This document shows positions 49,301 to 61,300 of a stretch of DNA of 64,000 bases, piece after piece. The notes below the pieces were generated by a model. That model was given only the letters and a program-made list of their open reading frames with translations, was not told where the DNA came from and did no database searches. The DNA is from Antedon mediterranea. Lineage: Eukaryota; Animalia; Echinodermata. Made by a program: the position numbers and the translations under genes. The DNA lies in NCBI RefSeq assembly GCF_964355755.1, contig NC_092675.1, forward strand, positions 6,443,812-6,507,811, in the 5' to 3' direction. The first letter of the stretch is position 1, and each line of letters opens with the position of its first letter.

Positions 49301-52300
49301 TTGGTCGTTGTTAATTTCAGCAACAACCATTTGATAGGGCTGCTCTTTAAACAAAGAGGGGGAGAGAGCGCGATAACTTTTACTCCCATTTCATATTTTC
49401 TAGGCCTCAAACAAAGTATGATTGCGACGAACCACGTACTTCATAGCGTGACCAGAAAGTCATTCCATCGCATGGTGAATTTCCGCATCTCCCGTCGCTA
49501 TGACGTAGTTCGATTCGGACAAACCTGTCTGACGTGGTTGAACCTAGTATCAGACTCGATGATAGATAGAGACCAGTGGTAGATTCTGACCACTACCACT
49601 GGACACTATATAATATAATCCATATCTATGTTTTATCTTGGGTTACCAAAACTTCCAACACACTAGGTTATTATGATGTATCAGTGGAAGGCATGTGGCA
49701 GTGGGTGGATTGCAGTAATTCGACGTCTTTTCAACGCGATCTCTGGGCTCCAGATGAGCCAAACAATCCGCCAGACGACTGCGGCGCTTTGACTTTTGAC
49801 GGAGCTGTCTTTGACTATCAATGTGATATTAGACTTAATTACATTTGTGAGGTAACAGATCGAGGTAAGAAATAAATTAGTTAAATAAATAAAATACATA
49901 TTCACCATCATTTACCTTTCAAATAATATCAACTAATACTTTTATATTATTGGTGCTTACGATTACGAGAAGAAATACACTGTAGGCCTACTCCTGGATG
50001 GGGAATTGGGAGAAGCCAAGCGAAGTGATTGTCAATAATTATAGTCTGCCTCAGAGCCCCTAGATAATCAATATTTAAATAGAGTTAAAGGAAGACTTAA
50101 TCATTGGTAGGTTCTTGAAACCTAACCAACTTTTCTGGTGGCTACTGCATGAATTGATATTTTTAAACGTGTTATATATATTTTGTATTTTTAGTATCTT
50201 CCGAATGTGCAGCATGTATATGTAATAAATTATTTATATTTTTGTTATAACAAGTGTATGCTTTTTAAAAAGAATTTTCGCAAGATGACATCAATGTTCA
50301 GAATGTTTCCGTGTCAGTTGTTTCATCAAGTCGGTTAGAAGTCACATGGGTTCCATCAGAATACAACTGTGACGTATTAGGATACCGTGTGTATTATTAC
50401 AAAGTAAACAACGTCACAGGTAGGCCTACAAGAATAACAATAAAAACAATCGTTGTATGTACGTACTGTGTAACGTAACGTTCATTGCATGTCTACAACT
50501 TTTTGTTAGAGGCTCCTTTGTGGAGCATTAATATACAACATTGTATTTTGATTACATAACTGTATAAAACTTTGCATGCCTTATATAGGCCTTTATTATT
50601 ACGTAACTATTTTACCTTTTGCATGCCTTATATATGCCTTTATTACGTAACCTTGCAAACGTATGCATGCCATTTATAGGCATTTATCATCAATATATTG
50701 CATAACATTTTTTTTAATTCGCCATTTTACTCTTTTGTTTTATTCAACATTGTCACTGGATGATTTTTAGAGTTTGTATAGTTTGTCCGTTTCAATGAAA
50801 TGCATGCATTATTTTGTATTCACTTTTTTTATTTATCGCACAAAGATGTATTATCTAGTGGATTTCAATTTGTATTTACACTACCAAGTACTTTAAACAA
50901 CCAGGATTCAATTACCATGTATGCACATAATCCATCTAATCGTACTGGCACTTTTAATATTACCTGTCCTGGAATTTCGTACGAAGAAACAGTCGTGTTC
51001 GAGGATGTTAACGCTACAGTTTCTATTCCGCAAAGCGTGTTATCCACCGGCTCAGAATTCCAAAACGGAACAGTTGTTATTAACTCTGATATTCCAATAT
51101 ATGTACACATTGTGATTTACCAAGCGACTTCGGCTGATGCATTTACAGTACTTCCAACCCAGGCTCTAGGTACTGAATATCTAGTAGCTTCTTACAATCC
51201 TGGGGAATGGGCGTTACCAGATGACGGCGTTTTGCAATCGGAATTAACGGTGACCGCGATGCACGATAACACCAGCGTAACATTTGAGGTCACTGCATCG
51301 GTAAATTTTCAAAATAAATCACAATATGGACCTGAAAAACCTTTTGAAATCTTCCTTCAAAAATGGGAGTCGATTCAACTTCAAAGTAAAGGAGATCTAA
51401 CAGCTTCGCGTGTTGTAGCTGATAAATCAGTCGCTGTCTTGTCTGGAACAAGTTGTGCATTTGTGCCGAATGCAACTCTTGCATGTGACTATCTGGTTGA
51501 GCAAATGCCTCCTTCAGACTCACTTGGAAAGACATTCATCGTTTCACCATTCCTTAACCGTTCCTCCTCTGGATTTGTTTTAAGAATAATTCCAGACAGT
51601 GATGATACACTTGTCAACGTTTCTGGAAGTGTCCATTCTATTTCAAAAGGAAAGTTTAAAGAGATTGATATCACTTCAGGCGAGTTTCTGTACATACAAT
51701 CGAACAAACCGATTCTTGTTGCACAATACATGAAAAGTTACCAGTCGGACTCTAAAGGAGATCCGTCAATGATACTCGTTCAGCCTATAGAGCAGTATGG
51801 TAATTTTTCTCAAGTAACTATACCGACCAAAGATGGCCGTTTAACCATCGTATCAAAATGTAGCTCAATAAAAGACATATTCATTGATGATGAAGTTATT
51901 GATTCTGAATGGATTTTGACCGAGGTTTCTCAGAGTGATGGTTACTGCGTAGCAATGAACACATTTCTAACCGGTTACCATATCGTAAGTTGTAGAATGC
52001 AAGATACGGTCTTTTATGTTCAAATGTATGGGTTCAACAAAGGCGTATCTTACGCAATGTCGGCAGGATTTACAGTGAACCAACTAACCTGCAATGAAGA
52101 CGTCTTCCTTGAAAACGGCTGTCCTGGTCTCGACGAAGAACCCCCGGAAGGTTTGTTGCTATTAAGGCCCATTTACACTAGGAGGACGATTAACGATAAA
52201 CAAGCATGCATTTTTTTTACATAAAAAAAGAAAGGTTTTCGTTCTAGAACTATAATAGGATAATAATTTATGCTGCCTTTGATAAAATGACGTCATGATA

Positions 52301-55300
52301 AATAAAAACAATAATATCGTTGTATTGTCACGATATTTTTGCTCTTACTAATCATGACGTCATTTGATTGGACGTGTGAAAATATCATTTACATGAAAGG
52401 AAGCATAGATGGTTATTCTATAGTTTTAGAAAAGAAAGTTTTTATATTTTTGTTGTTTAATATATGAAAAATGCATATTTGTCAATTTATCGTCGATCGT
52501 TATCGTCCTAGTATAAATGGGCCTTTATTCGTTGCTTTAGGACATGTCTTTATTCATGCACTTAATATCTGTCATACCATGTATGTTCATTTCAGGTTTT
52601 CATACTATGTGAATGTAACCTTCTTTTTGTCAATGGACGCACGTTATTGTTATATGCATCTTGTCATATTTCTTATATTATTCTTATTATTAACCATAGT
52701 ATTTTTGAAATGCAATGTTCGACGGTGACCGAAACGACGATATCAAAAAAGGCCAATGTATCATCAATAATTGAAATAATTATACTTGTCTATAGATACT
52801 CATGCAGTTAATATATTGTCTATAGATACTCATGCAGTTAATATATATGGCGGTGACGCAACTGACGTCATGCTTACCGATCTTCAAGCAGATACTGCCT
52901 ATGTTGTCAGCGTATCAGCAATGACTATTCAACAGGAGATGAGTCGGGTTGGAAACATTCTAGTCAAAACCACAAAAGGTAAATACCTTGTTCATTCTGA
53001 TATTACTAAATACAATACATTCAGCGCACAGAAACTGAGCATATACTTGGAAAAGTGCAGAGAAATGATATAGAGGGCGTGCTTTATAATATTTCGGCTC
53101 ATATTGAAGATACAGATAACTCGAGTTTTTAATTAGATCTTTTGACGTCACCGATATTATCAACTTAAATAGAAATCAATAGCCATAATCTGTTGGTATA
53201 AAGCTATTACTTCTTCTTCTTCTTTCCCTTTTCAGGGAATTTATTGGTTCAAAGTATATTGGCCTTTGGCCCTAATACAAACAAATAAAAATTAACTATA
53301 ACTTAAGATAATGGTTTCTTCTTTCAAAAGAAAAGTAGACGTATTTTCCTAAATTATAAGTAAAATTTGTGTTGGAAAGTAATAAACAAAGCTTATTAAT
53401 AGAAGGAAAAACACGAATAAATCTTGGAATAAAACTTTTTCTTAAATCATTGTAAAATATGCATTGCAAAATAAAATGATATTCATCCTCAACAATGTTC
53501 TTTTTACATAATTTACACGTTCTCTTATATCTTTCTACACCCTCCCATCTGCCCTTTTCAATTTCTAGCTCTAATATCCCTAAACGTAACTTAGTTAATA
53601 ATCTTCTTTGTTTAAAATTAATGATGTTGGTCAAGTGATAACTTAAACATATTTCTTTTTTATAAAGAGAAAAGAGCCTTAACTTATTATGTAAACTAAA
53701 TTTTTGAATGCATTTTTGTTTTTCAATATCACATAAGCGCAACTTAAATTCTCTCAAAAATAAACCTTTACTATTAACATACTGTTGTAACCATATATAA
53801 CCAAAACCAGTAGAAAAGAGTAAGTGTTTGACCTGTTGTGCCCAACAATTCTCATTACGGTTAACTTTTCTAAGTTGAAACTCATAACACTTAAAAATGA
53901 ATCTGTCATGATCTAAAGTAATAATATGTAACCAAAATCTTATAACTGTAACTAAACAATCCAAAGAAAGTGGTAATCTACCTAACTCAGAAGTAACAGC
54001 GGCATTTGGTGCATTTTTTCCAACTTGCAATAAATATCTACAAAATTTAGTATGTGTTTTTTCTATAATGTTTGTGCTATCTGACATTCCCCAGATTTCG
54101 CTTCCATACGTTAAAATAGGAAGTATTTTCACATCAAAAATATGGTTCCATGTATTAATTGGAAGAAAAGATAAGTTACGATAAATGAATGATTTTAAGC
54201 AGAATAAACTTTGATTTGCTTTTTGTTGATTATGTTGCATTGAGTTGTTCCATGCACCATTTGAACTAAAAATAACACCAAGATAATTATACGAATTAAC
54301 TATTTTTAATTGAATATTTTTATACTTCCATTTTTCAATGTTCCTTAAATTGCGGCCATTTTTAAAAACCATAATTTTGGATTTTGTAGTGTTTACAGTA
54401 AGTTTCCAAGTATCACAATAAAGTTCAAGTTTATTTATTAATTTTTGGAGACCTTTCACCGTATCACTAACAAGCACTAAGTCATCTGCATAAAGAAGAT
54501 GATTCATATGACAATCTCCAATTTGAATGAAATCGTTTACCTGATTAAGTATACCACTCAAATCATTAATGTAAATATTAAAGAGTAAAGACGACAACGG
54601 AGAACCTTGTTGTACTCCAATCGAACAATTAAAAGATGGACTAAGTTTGTTGCCAATTTTAACATGAGCAGATAAGTTTTGGTATAAGGAATTTATTATG
54701 TGTAACATTCTGCCTGAAACACCGATACATTTCAACTTATGTAGTAAAAGTGTATGATTTATAGAGTCAAAGGCACGTTTAAGATCAACAAAACAAACAA
54801 AAATCCTACCCCGCTTTTTATCTAAGTATTTAGAGATGAGGGTATCTAAAATGAATATATTATCTGTCGTTCTATATCCCTTACGAAAGCCTGCTTGTTC
54901 CTCATGAATTAACTTTTTACTATTTGTAAATTGTGTTAACCTAGAATTAAGAATATTTAAAAATATTTTTCCTAGGATTGGAATTAAAGAAATACCTCTA
55001 TAATTTTCAGGTTTGTTTTTATCTCCATTTTTAAAAATTGGAACGATTAAGCTTGTTGCCCATTGTTTGGGAAATTTTTCAACTAAAAATATGGCGTTAA
55101 AAAGAATTTTTAAAATATCAAAAATAATGTTGGGGGCGTTTAGCAAAAATTCAAAATTCATTCCATCAATGCCGGGAGCTTTTCCACTATTTTGAGAATT
55201 AAATGCTTTTTTTATTTCATCCACCGTTATGTCGTGGTCTAAATTATCATCGTCTTCATTCTGTTGGCATTCTGTGATTTTTGGCAACTCAGCGCTACCA

Positions 55301-58300
55301 ATAGACTCATCGTTTTTAAATAGGTTCTTAAAATGAATATAACATTGATTAATAGAAAGTTCGCAAGATAATTTCTGTTTTGTCTTCAACTTCATCCAAA
55401 ACGTTTTGCTATCCTTTGTATTGAGTGAATCGATAATTTGTTTGCGTATTCTTTTATGAAAGTTATTTTTTTTGCATTTTAATAGCGATTTATATTGCTT
55501 TTTTATCTGAATATAATTATTTAAAAAAGGTTGAGTGCGCATAATTCTAAATCTCTTTAATGATTGTTTAACCTGCATTTTAAGGTTCTTACAATCTTTA
55601 TCAAACCATTCGTTTCGTTTTGTAGAAGAATACAAAAATAAATAAATTCAGGACGAGAACTTTATAAAACACACGTAAATACAAACATAGAAAGTAGGCA
55701 TAGGCTTATACTTGGCAAATGTTGAAAGTAAAATAAGAACAGCATCAACGTCACTGCCATTAACTTTGTCGTTCACTAACGTGGCTATCACTCATGTTTT
55801 CTACAGCTCCTGATTGTCCATCATGGTTCACTATTGGACCAAACGATCAATGTTATTACTTCAGTTTAAACGAGAATTTATGGGACAGCTCACGTGGGAC
55901 CTGCCAGAGTGTCACAAACGGAGATTACGTCATCATCAACGATCAGGACGAGCTTGATTACTTGGTATCTGAAATAACCAATTTAAATGAAAACTTCACA
56001 TTTTGGATTGGTAAGAAATCGAGACTTGATATAATTTTTACGAGAATTTGAGTTTACATATTGTGCAATAGTAGCGATCGAGATAACAGTATTGATTTGT
56101 TTCTGTTTTTATACCAGGAGACCTAACCGAATGAGTAAATCTTTAACGATTACAAACTGATAGAAATAATATCGCACTCGTACATACTATTACTATAGGA
56201 ACTGTATATTCCAATACTCTCTTCCTTAGGTCTGTATGACGTGTCAATCGAAGGGCAATGGAGCTGGATTGACTGCAGTTCACTGGATACATTTCAGCAG
56301 AGTTTATGGGGACCAGGCGAGCCTGACAGAGCCTACGACTGTGCTGTGTTAACACCAGACAGCACATTTGCTGCTCAACAATGTGACGTGCGCACGAAAC
56401 ATGGTTACATATGCGAAGTTAATCCAAAAGGTTTGTAAATACAATTGTTTAGCATCTGCCGTGTTCACATGCACTCGTTTAGCGTACATAGAACGGACTC
56501 AAGAATCATATCAGAGTTAGTTTCAACTGACGTAAGCGCTCATGTGATCACTTAACTCTTTTATTCCTTAATTATATTTATAAACTTCCTCTAATGTAAC
56601 TCTGATAGTTTTCGTAGTTATTTAACATTATACCACACACGTTTGAACTGTGTTAAACAAGTTAAACCGATTGCTGTATTAAACTCCGATAGAAAAAGAG
56701 TATGCTAACATATCTTAAATCTTTTGATATCTGTTGATAAAGTAACTTGTCAACATTCTGTAGTTTATTTCCATTTATTTTTCAATCGTTACTACGTTAA
56801 AAAGAAACAAGTACAATTATTACATCTTCATGATTTTACTTTTACAACAATAGAGTACACGATGGAAGATACAAATGTCCAAAGCGTTTACGCTGTCACA
56901 CTAAATGAGTCAAGCATTCATGTCACGTGGCAGGTATCTAACTTCACATGTGACGTCTTGGGATATCGAGTGTATTTCACCAATATTATTGATAACTTAG
57001 GTAAGACAATTGTATCAACCTTTAACACGTGAGTTCACTAAGTATTACTAATCTATATTAAGGCATTAGGTTACTTTTTGCTCAGTCAAATATCTTTTTT
57101 TCTAGCATCTGAGTGGGTGTTAATATTTCCCGGTAATGCTAGTGAGACCACGTTGACAAATCTATTGCCGTTTACTAATTATTCTTTGACGGTAGCGGCG
57201 CTTCATATTGATGTAGAACTTTCAAAAGTTGGACCTGCATTTGCTGTCACATCTCAAGGTAGGTAACATTGTACAAACTCGAATCCAAACTGGCTACAAC
57301 ATGCGAAAAATATGTTCCTAATAATATGGAATGAATCTGTCTCAAGATAGGGTCAGACAGGATTTGTTTGCCCTTTTTGTACATTAATTGAAATGAATAA
57401 TTATTTTGAGCACCCACTGAACCAGCTACTGTAAGAATATATGCAAACGTACGTAAACTAACATATTTTCATGTTGGTTACGTTCTTACTACAAGATTTA
57501 GGACATCTACTTTAAATTTTAGGCGCGGAATGCAACGTTATGCACAGACCACCATCAACAACCTTGACGTCACCAGGCTACCCACAACCTTACCCCGAAC
57601 AAGAGTGCTTACAGTATATAAGTGTGCCAGGCGAAGATGGGATCATACTTACCTTTGAAGATTTCGAAACTAATGATGCCAGCAGTTTATTAATCGGATC
57701 CGGATTAAATGTTGACGTCAGCACTGTACTTTATGAATTTAGAGGCTCAATGACGTCAAACGATACAACTGCTCCTAATAAGACTATTACGGTTCTTGAA
57801 GATAACTTATGGGTTTTTTTCATCGGCAGAGACAATACAAACAACAACACAGGGTTCAGTCTCAATTATGTGATTTACTATTGTAAGTAAAGCATGCCTA
57901 AAGTCTGATATTAGCTAGCTGTGTCATTAGATATAGCCTGCTATTATTTTTCATATACATTCTCGACAGGTCATTCTTTACCAAAACTCACGTCCACCCA
58001 CCATTCATTTATACTGCTAATTTCACTGAAGAATATTTAATAAGTTATAAGGAGGTTTTTCGATACTTTAAAAATAAAGCGTTGTATAAAATATGTTTAT
58101 TTCAGCGTGTCCTGACAATTACTTTGCAAGTCCCAAGGGACACTGTTACATGTTTAGCACAGACAAGGAATGGTGGTATTCTGGACGCGTGTACGATTGC
58201 CAATCCACTCCTAATGGAGAGCTCGCTATCATAAATGATGTCGAAGAGCTTCAATGGATAGTTACCACAGCCGCAGTATCTTACCCAGGCGTAGAATTTT

Positions 58301-61300
58301 GGTGGATAGGTAACTATTACAGATTTTTTGATTTGGCATGACCTAGGACCACTATGTGCCGAGATTTAACATGACGTAACTCAGATTTAAGGTCATCGCA
58401 AATCACATTGTATTTTATTTCAGGAATATTTTGCCGGTGTGACATCCAGATCTTAAAAACATTGATTCTAAAGAGTAGGCAAATTATGAATAATACTTAT
58501 GATTACATATTAATAATTAATTACCTAATTAACTTATCTAGGTTATTACGATGCTTCTGTCGAAAATCACTGGCAGTGGGTCGACTGTACAGATTCGACG
58601 TCAACTCAACTGGATTTCTGGGGCGATGGAAGACCAGGAACTTACGACTGTGGAGCTTTACAAACAAACTCATCGACGATCGTAGATTTGCAGTGTGATA
58701 CATATCAACATTTTGTGTGTGAAATTGTTGAAAAAGGTAGTCTAATCAAATCATAAATAGAATATACATATTATATGTAAGTATGTGCCATAGTTTCGTG
58801 TGAGAAGAGACTGGGTTCAATCTAAAGGAAGTTATGCCTATTATTTTAAGTAAACTCTATTACTGTAGACAGAACAAACAAACAAACAATTAATATGTAT
58901 ACATCACTGCTGCAAGGCAAAGTATCTAGTTATTGTCTTTTTATGTTTAGTATTCCACTAGTCGGCATTTCGATTTTTGACTACACTATGAAATTTCATA
59001 TGTGCCAAAAATGTGTATTTTTACCAATATTATGTGGTTTGAAACCTAGACTAATGTACCTTAATTGATATATTTTATTTATTCTCATTCTATTTCAGAT
59101 TTTACTCGTTCGGACACAAACGTAAAAAACGTATCAGCGGAGGTGTTGTCTTCGTCATCAATTCGAGTCATGTGGACACGTTCATTGTATACTTGTGATA
59201 TTCTAGGCTATACCATTCACTATGAGCATGAATACCAAAGTAAAACAAGTAGGCCTATCACAAACATTAAGGCAAATTTACACAGACGAGTGGTAACGGT
59301 AATCAAAATATAGAATCTTGTATTCTATTTACACACAACGCGGAGCGGATGAGCGGTTTCCCCTCATGACAGATACAGATACAGACTCTAAGTGGGGACA
59401 AGCTACGCGGTTTTCCGTTTACCATTACCGCTGTCGCTCGTCGTCTGTGTAAATTGGCCTTTTCTATTTCTGGCGTTATTAGATTACACAAACATGCCTA
59501 GACAATATTGTTTTAAGCTCTGTCTACACTATCAAACTAGTTTGACCAAAAAGTATGATGTTCCCAAATATGGCAGTGATATGCCCAAATATGGTAGTGG
59601 TATGACATCATCATGTATATGAGCACATCACATTTGTTTTGTCCCATAAAGTTTGATAGTGTAGACAGTGCTTTAGGCCTAAAGCTTTTAGAAAGAAACC
59701 TAAATGCGATAATCGAAAATCATTGATAATCTTTGTTAGTTTCTGATTTCATAGTTATATTTAAAAAATGCGTGCACTTATTGTCTATCTTTGTTGTGGA
59801 GGTACAGCAATAATATCATAAACTATAATTGCAATGATGAATACAATAATGACTGCGTGTCATTTACTATTATATTAAGGCTAATAACCAGTATACAGTA
59901 TAAGAAATTTCAGGTACTTTCCCATCCACTGGTTATCTTCTACATACAACATTCAACACTATGGTACATTCTAACAACCTTTGAGCAATCGCTATATCAA
60001 TATTATATGTACACTAATCATAATGTAATTCAATGCTATCTAAGAAAGGAATTTATGGTCTGTTTATCATAAGGTATATAGGTTATCAAATAGAACATTT
60101 GATGAGTTTCATACAACTGTTTGAATATCAAAATATCTATTTTGGAAATTCCCGTCATGTTTGTGCTTTGTGTCAAGTTCATTGGGTATTATAATTATTC
60201 GACAAATTTAAAGAACCCTTTTGGTTCAGTAAAGAACACATGTCATGTGTTCTTCCTGAAATTAAGTCTTCGAAGAAGAATTTTCTTTTGAAGAATGTTC
60301 TAGAACACAATGAATCCCACCAAGTTAAACAATTTTTTTGTGAACACTATGATAAAGTTGATAAACACAGTAAACGTCTCGAAAGATATACTAGGTTCTT
60401 TAAAGTGCACATGAGCTAGATGTGTACACTACTGGACCTACGGTTTATAGTCCTTATCCGAGATGACCACCAGAACCATGGAGCGAGTGAACCTCGAACC
60501 CTTGCCGATGTTATGCCTACGTACGGTTCCACTGTCTTAACCGCTCGGCCATTCACAATATTTTGTAAATATAATTTAAAAAAATTGTTATTTCCTTTCA
60601 GTTTCTGAATTAAAAATTGTAAATGGAGGGGATGTAGAGAATTCAACATTAGATTCACTCTTGGGTAATACGATGTATACGATAAGTGTTGCAGCAATGC
60701 ATGTAGATGAAGAACTAAATCAAGTTGGATTTGTCAATGTAACTACTTTACCAGGTAAACTCAGAAGTTAAAGATGTATTGTCCCCCTGAAAAAATAATT
60801 TTTATAATGCCAAAAACTGAATCTAAACAAAATTTATTTACCTGAAAAAAACTGTAATTTAAAGCAAACAAATGTCAAATTGGCTGCCAGCCAATGGATT
60901 TTTTGTTGAATTTGACCATTTATTGTGTTATTTTATAAGTAAAAACATTTTTTTTTTCTACGGAAGTGATTCACTTTATTAAAACTTCAAAATAACCTAT
61001 TCGACGTATGATTTAAATAATCTTCATTTTTCATGTTTTTGGGTACGTTACCAAGTAAATCATATTTTATCTAGTGAACGAGTAGTACAAGCTTACAAGG
61101 TACCGTATACTCATACTTTAAAATAAGTTGTAAGCAATTTTTTCTGAAATATTTTTTTTTGCTTTGTAGTAGATGTTATCTTTTCTTTGGGATCCTCCTT
61201 TTTCTTCTAATACAGGATAATGGTTTTCAAAATGTCATTATTGAAATTAATAAATGTTCTTGAAAAAATAATATCAGTATACCGTACATTACGTAATTGA

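Noticed and set aside
52151-52224. ORF extension and stop suggesting a secreted IgGFc-binding isoform
   Set aside because: The extension reads into a MITE starting at ~52163, and a good donor (AAG|GTTTG) exists at 52150.
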